Positions 26,801-42,200 are shown, numbered from the whole stretch's first letter. The stretch is DNA of 63,928 bases, filler included, from Octopus bimaculoides (GCF_001194135.2; 5 parts of 5 records of this genome joined end to end with filler, not necessarily neighbours in it), one strand, 5' to 3'. Made by a program: numbers and translations. Notes: a model not told the origin generated them from the letters alone.

Positions 26801-28170
26801 TTTTTTTCATTTTGATTAGAAAACTAAGCATCACATGCATTCAGTAGAAGTGCATATTGACTCAAAGACAGACAGCGAGTGGCTCCCTTACATACATATA
26901 TACCAATCTATAAATGATTGTTTCAGATATATGTATATTCTTACATGGGAAATTACATTATTAAGTTCTATAATGCGTATGAATGAAACGGTTTATCGAT
27001 ACAAGTGGCAGGATAAATGATCGACACTTTTTTGCCTCAGCCGTGATGCAATTCTTTTTATGTGACCAACGTATCTATAAGTTACACATACCTTTAATTA
27101 TAAGCGGAGAAACGCTTAGAAAACTACACCAGCAAGAAATTAAACTGTTATACATTGGTGTAGGCATGGCTTTGTGGGAAGAACATCACTTCCCAGTCTC
27201 ACTACTTGGCATCGTGAGTAAGTGTTTTCTACCATACCCCTGAAAACCAAATCCTTGTAAGGGGGGGCCTGGTAGATGGAGACAAAAAGAAGCCCTCTGT
27301 GTGTGTATGTGTGTGTGTGCGTGTGCGTCTGTACACTCATATGTGTGTGTACTTGGGTGTTTTTGTATGTATTTGTGCTTGTATATGTCCTTCATGACTG
27401 CTTGATAACAGGTGTTTGGTTTCCCTACATCCCTGTAGATTAGAGATTCAGAGAAAGAGACCGATAATGCCAGCTTTTAAAAATAAGTACTTGGGTCATT
27501 CATTCGACGAAAATACTTGAAGATGGTGCCCAGTATGGCAGAAGTTCAATCACAGAAACAATTAAACGATAAAAAAAGGTGTAGAATTGATTTCATGTAA
27601 TAGAGTCCAGAATTCAAAGTTGTTTATTTGATTTGATGACAAAAACACTAAAGTTTAATTTACATACATTTTATTATATCTGAATCTTGAAAGATGGGAA
27701 GTATTATCGACTAAAACAGCGTATGAGCTCTAAATGCCAGTAAATAAAACTAATTCTTTCATTGCTGATACCATTTGCGTTAGATAAATGTTATTTCATC
27801 ATTCGTGCAATTCTGTATCAGCGATTTTTTTTGTGTAATATATTCCATGCCTAGACACGACTTAAGACATGAAGGAGACAATGGAAATTCTTATCAGAAT
27901 ATTATTTCTGACAGGGTGATATTTCGTACAAGGAATTATTGAGAAGTTCATTAAATGATATCAATAATGTTAAGATATTCAAAACTTGGTCCCATTATTT
28001 TACTATCGTTACATACTTATCGAGCAATCATCAAATGATTCGCACAATCACATGTCTCATGTCTGGTACTATTTCTTATTGGCCCAGTAATGATAAAAAA
28101 TAGAGATGACTTCAGTAGGATTAGAACTCTGATGCAAAGTGATAATTTTACATAAGAACGTACATTTCCA

Positions 28171-28376
28171 AACTAGGCACAAGGTCTGAAATTTGGGGGG
28201 AGGAGCCAGTGGATTAGATCGATCCCCAGTACGCAACTGGTAATTAATTTATCAACATCAAAAGGATGAAAGGCAAAGTCGACCTCGGTGGAATTTGATC
28301 TCACAAAGTAAAGACAAACGAAATACCGCTAAGCATTTCGCCCCACGTGCTAACGTTTCTGCCAGCTCACAGCCTT
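28171..28376 (-). mobile_element. SINE family C solo copy; another degenerate copy at about 63035-63250
   Basis: Reverse complement matches the last unit of the 55.6-56.5 kb array. Confidence 0.8.
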
Positions 28377-28890
28377 ATATGATCACAGAGCAACGTGAAA
28401 TAAAGTGCTTTGCTCAAGAACACAACGCAACGTCTGGTCTGGAAATCGAACCCATGATCTCGCAATCATGAGTGCAACACCCCAACCACTAAGCCATGCA
28501 CCTTTACTTGACATTAGGATATAGAACAATGGTAAGACGGACCATTTAGCGGTTATTTCTATAAGATTTCGTAGATACCTTAGCACTTAACCTCAGGTTG
28601 ACAAAGAAAGCTTACTTATAGGTGTTTCTAACATTAGGCGCGTTGAGAATGTATTCTCGGACGCCTAAAACGCAACCGACCCATGAACTAATAACACACA
28701 CAATTTGAGTATGTATGTTCGAATTTGTTTCTATACTTTGAAGGCTGTGTGGTAAGTAGCTTGCTTACCAAGCACATGGTTCCGTGTTCATCCCCACTGC
28801 GTGGAAACATGGGCAAATAACTTCTACTATAGCCTCGGGCTGAGAATTGCCTTGTGAGTGGATTTGGTAGACGGAAACCGAAGGACGTCC

Positions 28891-28945
<55 letters not shown>

Positions 28946-29605
28946 NNNNNNNNNNNNNNNNNNNNNNNNNNNNNNNNNNNNNNNNNNNNNNNNNNNNNNN
29001 NNNNNNNNNNNNNNNNNNNNNNNNNNNNNNNNNNNNNNNNNNNNNNNNNNNNNNNNNNNNNNNNNNNNNNNNNNNNNNNNNNNNNNNNNNNNNNNNNNNN
29101 NNNNNNNNNNNNNNNNNNNNNNNNNNNNNNNNNNNNNNNNNNNNNNNNNNNNNNNNNNNNNNNNNNNNNNNNNNNNNNNNNNNNNNNNNNNNNNNNNNNN
29201 NNNNNNNNNNNNNNNNNNNNNNNNNNNNNNNNNNNNNNNNNNNNNNNNNNNNNNNNNNNNNNNNNNNNNNNNNNNNNNNNNNNNNNNNNNNNNNNNNNNN
29301 NNNNNNNNNNNNNNNNNNNNNNNNNNNNNNNNNNNNNNNNNNNNNNNNNNNNNNNNNNNNNNNNNNNNNNNNNNNNNNNNNNNNNNNNNNNNNNNNNNNN
29401 NNNNNNNNNNNNNNNNNNNNNNNNNNNNNNNNNNNNNNNNNNNNNNNNNNNNNNNNNNNNNNNNNNNNNNNNNNNNNNNNNNNNNNNNNNNNNNNNNNNN
29501 NNNNNNNNNNNNNNNNNNNNNNNNNNNNNNNNNNNNNNNNNNNNNNNNNNNNNNNNNNNNNNNNNNNNNNNNNNNNNNNNNNNNNNNNNNNNNNNNNNNN
29601 NNNNN

Positions 29606-29606
<1 letters not shown>

Positions 29607-29642
<36 letters not shown>

Positions 29643-29670
29643 GTTATTATTATCATTATCATTATTATTA

Positions 29671-29722
<52 letters not shown>
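29607..29722. repeat. Compound (GT)n(ATT)n microsatellite
   Basis: Direct reading. Confidence 0.95.
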
Positions 29723-29723
<1 letters not shown>

Positions 29724-31813
29724 TGTAGGGCAGTGTGTTTAAATCGAAATATTGCGCCTAGTGAAGTTAGCATGAACCGCAACTATATCTTGACACATTT
29801 ACATCTGAAGGCTGAATGTTTTGCACTCCACCAGTAGTTCTGTAGTTCTTTAAACATCCCGAAATGATGGCGCAGTAACCAGCGAAAATCTGAAATAAGT
29901 TAGCCTGATAGCTTATGCAGAGGACGTGATACGAGAAGCAGAAATATTAATTAAACGCAAAATATTCGAACATTGCCTTCAACCTTAAATATTAAAACAC
30001 CTTATAAAAAATACAAATAAAACGGATATGAGAATCTGTAGCATAAATTTCGGTGTGACATTTAAAATAAACTGTCTTCAATTGCATTACGTAACTGCAA
30101 TTAACATTTTACGAATTATGTTGTTTGTTTTCGAAATTCTTTACCAAAATTAAATCAAAATATGCTACAAATATGCAAGACGTAAAGAGGTAATGGAATT
30201 CTCAAATATTATTCTTTCGTATACAAAATATTTCTATGTATGCATATATGTGTTTGTGTGTGTGTATGTATATATATGCATGAATATATAATGCTTCATT
30301 GCAGATTTACAATAAACCTAGAGAAAACGTATTCCTTATTATGCCTATATTATTAAGCCTAAGCAACATTTGAAATTAAACCACATACTCTATTCCCAAA
30401 GTGATTGATGCGGTATGCTGTATAAGACCCACAAAGAAAGAAAAAATTATATTACTAGAGAGCAATGGTTTTTAAAGGAGAAACTTCCACATATTAATTA
30501 AACATTAAAACAGAATCGCTCTATTCCGAATATGTCAAACAAATTCAGGAGGATATAGGCATTTTATGAATATGATTACATAAAACGAGATACCCATGGG
30601 TATGAGGTAAATGCTCGGTATATTAAACTGTAATGAGATATCTTAATAAACGAACTATGAAATGGAGAAAGTCTGCAAACAGCATTCAGCAGATGATAAT
30701 TCAAATATTGATCTGAGTGTTCATGTGACCATATGCAAGCAAGAGGGAATTCTATATAATTGCAATAGTTGTTGTAAGATACATACGTAGCTCATAGAAT
30801 AAATACATGCAGTGAAACCATACCACTCTGTTTGCACAATTTGTAAATATTTCTTTATCGGTTCTTAACGTAACGTTGTTGTATCTATTGATGTTCCTTT
30901 ATTATTATCTCTCATACGCATAAATAAAATAACACCTTACATTTAACAATGCACACTATTTACACATTCAAACGCAAGTATATTGTTCAAGTATACTTGT
31001 ATATGAAAATTGTTGGAAGGTATAGAAAATAGATAAATGGATTATATGCCTGATTAACAAGCCTTCATTGTATAATCAGTGTTCTATATATGATATATAA
31101 GTTTCTCAATTTACTTAGAATCTTACCACTGCAATGTTACTATGCAACTACCTTCAGTCAGACCCACTGTCTTACGTTACATACTCTAAAATTCTTTCAC
31201 TATGCTCATTGAATAAACAATTCACATTTAGCTCCCTTTGGAAGCCTGCCTTGGTCTATGCTTCATTTCTGCTTGCCTTTCATGTAGCAACATAGGGAAT
31301 TTACTATGTACATTAATTGAATTATCCCAATTCATCCCCTAACTTATAAGGTAAAACTTTTAAATGGGTATTTGCTCTCCTATATATTCTCTTTCATATG
31401 TATTACATAATTTAGTACTGCTGTAGTGTATACAAGGGAGGATGTTTCCATTCAATTACGAAACATTTTTATACAAAAATATAATTCTTTCTTTAAAATT
31501 CAAATTCAATCTAATTTCAAATACGGTGTCCGGTAGTATTACGAATGGGTCAAGAACATTATTCCCAATCAAACACTTATACACATATGGTTTTTCATTC
31601 TGTTAATATATCTAAACAAAGTACTGTATGTATGGCAGGCCACTGTCTGTCTGTCTCTCCTCCTTCTATCTCCCCCTCTCTCTCTCTCTAAATATATATA
31701 TATATATATATANNNNNNNNNNNNNNNNNNNNNNNNNNNNNNNNNNNNNNNNNNNNTTAATTAATTAANNNNNNNNNNNNNNNNNNNNNNNNNNNNNNNN
31801 NNNNNNNNNNNNA

Positions 31814-31930
31814 GGCATCAGTAGTGCTTTTACCTGGCACGAACCCAAACTGCATCTCATCTAAATTGATTCGCTCCCTAATTAGTTGGGCTATGACCCT
31901 CTCTGTAACTTTCATAACCTGATCTAACAG

Positions 31931-31935
<5 letters not shown>
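31814..31935 (-). mobile_element. RTE-type RT fragment
   Basis: KLLDQVMKVTERVIAQLIRERINLDEMQFGFVPGKSTTDA. Confidence 0.8.
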
Positions 31936-31965
<30 letters not shown>

Positions 31966-33082
31966 TTAGATTCAAGGTGAATATGGTACTTAAGTTTAGG
32001 CACCAGAATTAAGTATGGTATTATCCATACAGTTTCAAAATAAGGTGATTAAAGTCAAAATAAGCAACAAGGATATCCAAAGTTAATGCACTACGATCGA
32101 AACCACAATCTTACGATCATGATGTTGACACCCTAACCACTAAGCCACGCACCTCCACACTTACAGTTATACATCACCATTAAAATTTTTTGAAAGGTTA
32201 GCGAAAGATGAAGGTTACTGTTAGCACAATCATAACTTGCTGTTTACATTTTCTCAACCAAGATTGCATAGATAAAAGTTGATTTCAATGGTATAGAATT
32301 ATCTCTTGAATAGGCCATTTATTATGAAGATATGCCAGTAATATATAAAGTAAAAATGATTTTATTCCCTATATTACAAATTTTAAAATTTTATTAATCT
32401 GTTCACATATGTCTGTGGCTATTACACTGAGGTTGAGGATAGCTTACTTGTAAAATGACTTAAAATTCAAAGTTTGATTTTTTTGAATAGTGGTATAAAA
32501 CGACCCCAAATTTTTAGGGTAAATTTTAGGATTTAAAGGTCGTCTTATACACGGAGATATATGGTAACTGAGGCAATATTGTAGATATACATAAAAGTAC
32601 AGCAATGTATCAACTAGCATGGATTTTGAAAGCTATGTGCAGCAGAGTCGCGATATTCTCTTCAGAAGGTGGAAGTTGATACTAGTTTATACTTTGTTTT
32701 GCTTTCATGTGTATCTACAGTGTTGTCTCAGTAACACACCTGCTTGCATAACATTCATTATTATATCAACAGATCATTGATCACTTGAAACAACTGTGAA
32801 GATAAGGCTTGATTACATCATGTAAATTGTATATGCTGCTTTTATGTAAATACCTTCCTTACACCCGTTATTGTTTGTCTCTCTACTTCAGGGGTTGGTG
32901 ATCCTGGGTAAATTCCTCCAAGTGGGGTAAAAATGAAATTCTTGTGGGTAGTGAGGACTTGTTTGACATAGGTAAAATTATATAAAAAAAACTTAATGAG
33001 AAGCTAAAGTCATGAAGAAAATGGGTTAGGTACAATTCCAAATCTTTATTCTATCTTAACTGTTTTATTGTATTTTTTTTAG

Positions 33083-33206
33083 AAATTTACCTCGTGCTAT
33101 TATGATTGGAATACCTACAGTGACATTTTGTTATATATTGGTCAATATTGGCTATTTTACTGTGATGTCCAAAGAAGAAATACTCATGTCCAATGCTGTG
33201 GCTGTG
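33083..33206 (+). CDS. SLC7A9: SLC7 exon A: (R)[41 protein letters not shown]
   Basis: Acceptor ttttttttag at 33082, donor gtatgt at 33207; 124 nt. Confidence 0.93.
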
Positions 33207-36200
33207 GTATGTATTTAGAAATCTAATTATCTTTTACTAATTAATTTCACCTTTTCAATTTGTTGATAAATGTCACACCCCACCCCCATTAATTCATATT
33301 CCTCTTAATAAAACATACAATATGATATCTTGCTAAGTGCAAATGTGGCTTTATGGACAAGTTTTTCTCTACTATAGTATTCAGGATGAAACTATGTTAT
33401 AACAGAAGAAATTTAAAGCTGTGCGAAGGAGGCAACTAATGGGTTTTCAAAACTAGTTTGGGGGAATAAATTAAAGAGATGTTTATCATCATCACCATCA
33501 TTGTTTAATGTCCACCTTCCATGCTAGCATGGGTTGGACGATTTGATTGAGGACTGGCGAACCAGATGGCTCCAATATGATCTGGTAGAGTTTCTACAGC
33601 TGGATGCCCTTCCTAACGCCAACCACTCCGAGAGTGTAGTGGGTACTTTTACATGCCACCGGCACGAGGGCCAGTCAGGCGGTACTGGCAACGGCCATGC
33701 TCAAAATGGTGTTTTTTATGTGCCACCTGCACAGGAGCCAGTCCAGCAGCACTGGCAACAACCTCACTCGAATGTTTTTTCACGTGCCACCGGCACAAGT
33801 GCCAGTAAGGTGACGCTGTTAACAATCAAGCTCAAATGGTGCTATTTACATGCCACTGGCACGGCAACCAGACAGCTGCTCTGGCAATGATCACGCTTAA
33901 ACAGTGCTCTTAACGCTCCTGTGGCACAGGTGCCAGTCATCGAATTTGGTTCAACCACAATTTCGATTTCACTTGCCTCAACAGGTCTTCGCAAGCCGAG
34001 TTTAGTGTCCAATGAAGGAGAGGTTGGCATGGGTGCCAGTCGTCGAATTTGGTTTGATTTCCATTTCATAGTGAATTTAATATGTACTAAGGAAGTTGTA
34101 ATAAGTGAAAGGTTGTTGAAAAACATTGGAAAAAAAAATGATGGAAAATCATTAGGTGGTGTAAGGGGACAGAAACTTTTAATTTTTGTAATATATAAAA
34201 AGTAGAAAGTTTTAGATGTATTGGTTATGTTATGGCTATAGTGTTTTGACTAGCAAGCTTTCGGTAAGTAAATTAGCTTCCTAATACTGCAGAATGTGTT
34301 GTCTAGTTACTATATTCTGTATATTTGAAACAGCTCAATGCATAGAAATAAATATAATGGATGATGTAATAGAAATAATGTAATCTAGGACTGAAAGTAT
34401 AAGAAATAAAACATTTATTTACTTAAGCTCATGTTGAGCAGAGTGGCACAGTGAAAGCATGCTGGGTCTGTAACCCATAAGTCTGTAAGTTGAAACTGCT
34501 CACAACAAAAATTGGATACTATTTTTGATATTTATACATCACAACTGAGTTGTCTAAACATATACCAATCATATACATGATACATTTATATATACCTCCA
34601 GGTGTTGGTACAAATTATATGATTCAATGGTCTACTCTTCTATTACACCACCACTACCATCAGAGTCAACAAGAGTGATCACTTGAGCTGCTAGAAATAG
34701 CAGTCAAATCTACCACAAATGATATTCTGAAAGGAAAGGACACATCAGATAACATTGTGTTAAGCATATTACAAATTAGATAGGGTATCTATGGCTAGGA
34801 TGTCTGTTTGATCAGGACTGACCTGGGGTTAAGAGGTCACCAACTGGGTTCAAGAGGCCACCAATTGACTGGAGTTACACCAAGACATCAAGTAGTGTAG
34901 TGGACAGAGATGAGAGCAGCAACAGGACTTTTTGCTTAGTATATAAGATAAATAAGTGAAGTATATAGAAGCCAGCAATAGATCTTAAAGTAAATTAGAG
35001 GTAGAATGAGGACAAGTATTTCAATATTGTGTGTAGTAAATAATGGAAGATACATATAAATCGTCCTTTATGTTGTCGACTACATTGTAGTCACATGTTT
35101 GTAGTTAATTACTTCAGATATCCTTATATTTTCTTCAGGTTTGGGGAAAGAAAGTTCTTGGAGTAATGGCCTGGATTATGCCAGTATTTGTTGTACTTTC
35201 CTGTTTTGGTGCTGCTAATGGCAGCTTGTTTTCAAGTGGCAGGTAAAGAAATTAGTGTAATCTGTTTTCAAATATCTAACAATGTATATGCTTTAAGTTT
35301 GATACATAAATTGCTATTTTCAACTAATACTGCTTCTGTTGCCTAGCTTTTATGTTTTTCATTCATTTTGACTGCAGCCATCTTGGGGCACTGCCTTGAA
35401 GGGTTTTAGTCAAGCAAATCGACCCCAGGACTTTTTTTAAAGCCAAGCACTTATTCTATCAGTCTCTTATGTCAAACTGCTAAGTTACTGCAGCATAAAA
35501 ATGCCAATACCGTTTGTCAAGCAGTGTTAGGGGACAAACAGACACAAAAACACATGTGTGTGTATACACACACACACAAATTTCACATGATGGATTTATT
35601 TCAGTTTTCAACTATAAAATTCACTCAAAAGGCTTTGGTTGGTTTGAAGCTATAGTAGAAGACACTTGCCCAAGGTGCAACACAGTAGCATTGAACCTGA
35701 ATCCATGTGGTTGGGAAGCAAGTTTTTTACCACTCAGCCATGCCTGTGCCTATACAATCATATTAACAATCTAGCCCAACTTTTCTTATAATGAATTTTT
35801 ATTCAGCTTGCCTATTAATTGCAACATCAGTGATTTTTGAAACACTGTTCTACTATATCAGTAGTTGATTTTCACTTAGTATGCGATCGCTTGTGGATAC
35901 TTGCTATTTATGAAGCCCAAAGTAGCAGAAATGTGTATGCCACTGTATCTGCTGGATGAATTTTGTCTACTACTGATATATTTTTGTGTTTTTTAACACT
36001 ATACATCTACAAGAAATGCTTTCTTGAGGCATATACCACAGCTTATCAGGCTTTCAACAATAGGCTTTAAGTATGGTACACAGATTGCTATCTAACAGTG
36101 TTCCAATGGCCCCAACAGCCACAGTATTCATCATCTTTCCTGCTGAGACATTTCAACAATGGTCTACACAACCACTGTCATCAGAGTCAACAACAAGATG

Positions 36201-39200
36201 TGTCTAGACAGTAAATGCTCTTAAAAATAATCATCCACCACATCAAACTGTCATACAAACTGCATTTTTAAGACTGTAAAAAGTGTATGTCAGTTGGATG
36301 TAATAGGTGTTGATTTGGAAGTGTATTGAATTCCAAATTATTTTCTTTTTTTAGTTCATAGAAATGTTCCATACGCTACATTCACATTGCAAATTGAAGA
36401 CAGTAAAGCAAAACAGTACACAAATATATTTAGCACAATCACAGATCCCATGTTTAATCAACAGAAAGATATAACTACAACAATGTACAAACAATACATT
36501 ACGTCCATCTTGGACCATGCCGTTCCTGCCTGGGCTTGTAATCCCTCCTCAGTACACAAGTGTTTTAAATTTATTTTTCCTGTTAAAAGTAGACGTTAGT
36601 TTCACATCACATGATGATGTACATAGTTCACCCTCTAAGACCAGCACAAAAAAACCAAAAATATTAAAAATTAAAGATCACTTGTACATTCAAGGAACAA
36701 AGAGATGAAATGTATTTTGTCGGTCAGCGATGTGTGTAGAGAATTAAAATAATTGATGTAAAAGATTGAGATTTGCAAAAGATTCGGTTTCTGAACTGGT
36801 GGAATCAATATAGGAACAAAAAGAAATTAACATTGAAGTCACCGAGGATAATGACTTCAAATGGGAGGCAACTCTAAATAAGCCAAAAAGTATTAGAGTC
36901 GTCTCTCTTGCTTGTTCGACGAGACTTGGTTTAGTCCCAAATAATTTTCCTAACCATCGCACTTAATTCTCTGGTTATTTCTAATGTTAAAATATTGGAA
37001 ATAATCCAACAAACCTTTTTAACGGCTCTTTATAATTAAATTATCAATATAATAAAAAACTGAACTCCTCTTTTGTTTAGTGGTACAGTGCCTGTAATGT
37101 GTAATCCTTCATACAATACAAATCGCAGCTACTCACCACATTCACACACAACATAATGCATTCAATCTTATGCACTTCAGACACTATGAGACCATTAGCC
37201 AAACTTTGAAGGGTGCTTTCATGCAGCATACAGCCCTCAGGCTCTCATATCTTCCAAACTGCCACTGATCTGTTGCATAAAACCTCCTCTCTTCCATTTT
37301 TTAATTGTGATAACTTTGTAAGCAGTACTCCCATAGAAAAATCCTTCCAATCAAATCTTAAGCCCTCAGTATTACTCGTAGTGGTGGTTGATGATGGTAT
37401 ATCTGGTGATGTTACTGTTAATGATGTTCATGGTGTGCCATCAATAAATGGTAGTGATAGTGTCTGAGCATAACATCATATGTGATATAAACTGTGAAGG
37501 CTGGCTGACCTCTTAGGAAAGGTCTTTCGAACCTAAATATCCTTTTGATCCCACATGAAGCTGATGATGGTATGTGTGTGTGGGAGAGAGAAGAAAGAGA
37601 ATTGTGTTATGTGTAGGAACGTACAATCTAATATTTTGGGTCTTGTCCTTTGCATGAGAATGAGAAAAAAACAGAAAAGTGGTATAGTCTCATGAAATTG
37701 TAAAAGAAGAAACTTATTTGACTTTATTTTCAGATTAAACTTGGTTGTAGCAAGAGGTGGACACTTGATGAAAGCCCTCTCATTTATTCATGCGAAACGT
37801 CTTACACCAGTTCCATCAATCATCTTCACAGTATGTATCTTTATTTTTTTTGTTAGGTTTATAGCATAAATTTGAAACATTCAATAGAATGGTTTGAAAA
37901 TTTTTGAAAATTATACTTGTTACTGGTACTTAATGGCCATAAGGGGATTTACAGTTAGCATGTACAGAGATGAAATGTAAAATATTTATCTGGTTCTCTG
38001 AAATGTTTTGCTTAGATATCCTTGAGTCAGTGAAGGAGCTTTTATATGCTTGGCCTGTTAGAAATAGCAGCCAAATCTTTCACAATTGACAACTTTTCTT
38101 TATAAGAGTTTAAGTTTATCTGAAGACTAAAGCTTAATTAGAGTAGAGCTTATCTTGGATTCTGAGGTACTTTAAGTGATTAAGAGTGCAAGATTTCTCC
38201 TTGGACAGGATGCCGGTCCATTTCAGAGTTAAGCCCACCTTCTGGAACAACTGGTGCTCCTTTTTAGTTGAGTATACTGGTACAATGAAGTGCTTTGCTC
38301 AAAGACACAATATACTGTTTAGTACAAGAATGGAATCCATAACTTTACTATTGTGCATCTAAAACCTAGTCACTATGTCACACACCTTCACACTTTATAA
38401 AAAGGACACAATAGATAAAGATACACTATATTGGGTGTGTGTGTGTGTGTGTGTGTGGAAGACTTGCTAGAATGTTTTTGATTATAGTTCTTTATCAGGG
38501 CCAGCTTGGGGGCTAAAAACATCAATATAAATTAATGGAATAAAGCGTTACTGGTACAGAGAGGTTAATTTAAATACATAACTTCCTTAGGCTAAAAAAA
38601 TCATATTAATCAAATTATTGATTTTTAAGATAGAAAGAATACAAACTTTGTGTGCATGCAAATCTTGGGAGTGTGCATAGTTGATCTAAACTAACTGCGT
38701 CATATTTCCTGGAATTATGAATATCTAACGTCACTGTTGGTGAGATTTTAACTCTACCGATTCTGCTATCTTCTCTCCTTTATGTTCATTCTGGCGAGGT
38801 TAATTTGTCCTTTCAGAGTCATTAAAATAATGTACCATCTCAGGGGAGGTGACTCTCGTTTTGTGTTCTTGATTAATCTCCCTTTATAATCTAAATTTTC
38901 CACTGTGAAATGTATTATAACGTGAGATGTAATGTTTGATAAACATACTTTTAGTTTCGTTGTGAAATTTTCGCTTCAAATCTTGTTTGTAACTTGTAGA
39001 ACTTTAACAAACTTGTACTGAGTAATAATACTTTTTAGTTTTGATTTTCGTGAGAAAAAAAAAGAAAAAAATGGTGCATATTATAGATGAAATTTTATAG
39101 TACATCATCATTTAACATCTGCTTTCCATGCTGGCATGGGTTAGATAATTTGACTAGAACTGGTAAGCTGCAGAGCTGCCCCAGGTTCCAGTCTGATTTG

Positions 39201-42200
39201 GCATGGTTTCTATAGTTGAATGCCCTTCCTAGTTGCATCCAAGAGTGTAATGGGTGCCTTTTACATGACACCAGCAATGGCCACAACTATGATTTTACAG
39301 ATGCCATCTTATATGATACTAGCAATGGCCATAACAGTATATGTGTAAAATATTTGAAGGCTCATTAATTAGTAGTTTATATGCCTATCTTTTTATGAAT
39401 GTTCATCCTGAACATGTAGGTGTGCAGATTTGATGTTTTTAGCTTCTTATCCTTTGATATCTATTGGCTGTAAAATGGATAACAGTATTGGAACTCTGTG
39501 GGAGTTTTAGATTTTGAAGTTGAATCCCATCATGAAGCTATGTATGTATGTCATATTATAATCAATAAGTAAATAATACACAAATTATGTTTTTATATAT
39601 TGTAATAATGACATTTTATCTTATTTTTCAGACAGTTGTTGGTATTTTTCTAATTTTGGTGTTTGAATTGGGTAATTTGATTGAGTTCTTTAGTTTTACT
39701 GCTTGGATATTTCATGGCCTTACTTGTCTCTGTGTAATTATTCTTCGCCGTACACAAAAGGATCTTCACCGACCATATTGTGTAAGTTTTCACAATTCAT
39801 TTTATAAACTCTGTATCTGGGGAATAACTGTTTATTTCCTAAATTTTTATGACATTGGCAACATCCAATTGTTGTTGGTAAGAATAAAGTTTCTAAAATG
39901 AATAGAGAAATTTAGAGGATTGCTTTGGTCCTATGGTAGAACACCTATCATGTTTACAGGAGATGTGGGTTCAAATACCAAAGGCAGCCTTTAACTTTTT
40001 CTATCCAAAAGATAATTAACCCAATATTTACTTGCTATTATTCATATCTTTATTTGCTTTGAGATTCATCATTCCTAAAATGAATGATCTATCCATCTAT
40101 ATATCATTTACTTGTTTCAGTCATTAGACTGTGGTAATGCTGGGGCACCACCTTGAAGAATTTTTAATTGAATGAGGCACCCCCAGTACTTAATTTTTTT
40201 TTTTTTGTAAACTTGGTACTTATTCTATTGGTCTCTTTTGTTGAACTGTTAAGTTACAGAGATGTAAATACAAGCCAGTTGTCAAATGGTAGTGGGGAAC
40301 AAACACACACACACACACACACACACTAACACATACAATGGGTTTTTCCAGCTTCTATCTACCAAATCCACTCACAAGATTTCAGTTGGCCGGAGGCTAA
40401 GGTAGAAGTCACTTGCCCAAGGTGCTATGCAGTGGGACTGAACCTGGAACCATGTGGTTGGGAAGCAAGCTTATGTATATATATTTATATCTTCACTAAA
40501 TATGCTTTATTCCAATATAGACATACTGTGTATTGGTTATGTTTCTAGGCATAATTTTACTGAAAAAATTATTAATATTGCATAGTCCAATAATATTCCT
40601 TTTTTTTCTTTCTAGGTACCATTATTTGTGCCAGTCCTTGTTATTCTTGGATCAATCTATCTGATTGTTACACCAATTATCCTAAATCCACGAATTGAAT
40701 TTTTGTATGCATTTATGTTTGTGATCAGTGGTGTTCTTGTCTATTTCCCATTTATTCACTACAAACTGAGATTCCCTTACATTAGTAAGTTACTTCATTT
40801 TCATATATATATATTTGATTATACACTTCTTCTATTGTTGTTTTTGCCACATTATATTTCTATGCTTTTTCAGGCACATGTTCTTGTCTGATACTATATA
40901 CTATATATATTTGTTCCTCCTTCTTGCCTCATATATCTTATGCAGTTTATATGTGATTTTTATCTCTACATAAATATATGGCCCTACCATGTTGTCCAGC
41001 CCATGCCACCATGGATCATGAATGTTACATGATGATGATGATGGTTTCACTAAATGTAACTTATTCTGGGAAATCATCTGTTGATGATTTGATAAGTTGT
41101 TATTAAAACTGAAAGATAAAATGATGATATCAAAATGTATTGGGTTGTGTGTAAGGATGGAAGGAGTTGATGAGGAAGTGAGAACTATTATATTATGATC
41201 CTGAAACAAACAACTTTACAGAGTGTACTGTGTGTATGTAGTTTATCATATGATGGACTCTCATTGAAGATCACATGAGTGTTCAGCTTTTGCCGAATGA
41301 TCTGCACAAATGATTTATTTATAGTGATCAAATATATGTGCTCACTCCCACCATCAAATTGATGTTGCCTGAACAGGTGCATAGTGTACCATGCGTCAGG
41401 TGTTGAAGTGATTGCAGAGCAATGTGAGATGAAGTATTTTGCCCAAGAACACAACACATCACCCAGTCTAGGAATTGAAATCATGATCTTGTGATTGTGA
41501 GTGCAACACCCTAACCACTAGACCATGTGTCCTCATATATACTAGTTTATGTTAAAATGCATACACACTAAAACACTAATATATATACACTAAAAACATT
41601 AGTGAGCTTGTCATATCCTTGGCAAAACTAAAGCTTTCTCTTCACCATATGTTGTCCCTATTTGTTCATTTGCCAGCCATTTACAGTATATACTTTGCAT
41701 ATTGTCTTGTAGCATCAACACTAACAAGGTTGCATTATATCCTGTAAAATTAAAGAGGATTTACAGGATATAAAATTCTGGCCCTCAGCTTGTCCTTTGT
41801 GTTGCATCTGGATTTGTTGGTCTCTCATTCCACTGTGCCCCACACAGAGAAATCTATGGGGTTTCAGTCAGGTGAGTTGAAAAGCCAAATATCAGGTGCT
41901 GTGGGATTGAAGAAATTCTCCAACAGCCAATGTCTTCAGAGTCTTCAGGCTGGTATGACAGGGCACAGAGTCTTGCTGCCACACGTATGGCCTCCCTGCA
42001 GCTACCCAGTGGATCCAGGGCTTCACCATCTTATTCAAAACACAGATGTAGCTGTTGATGTTCAGCCTCAGGGTCCCAGGGAAGAAGTAGGGTGGCATGA
42101 TGTTACCTTCGCTGCTGACGACACCAAAGACCATGATTTTTACTGGAAATTTTGTCTGCATGACTCTGGCCACGTCCTTGGGTGGAACAGTGAGCCACCT

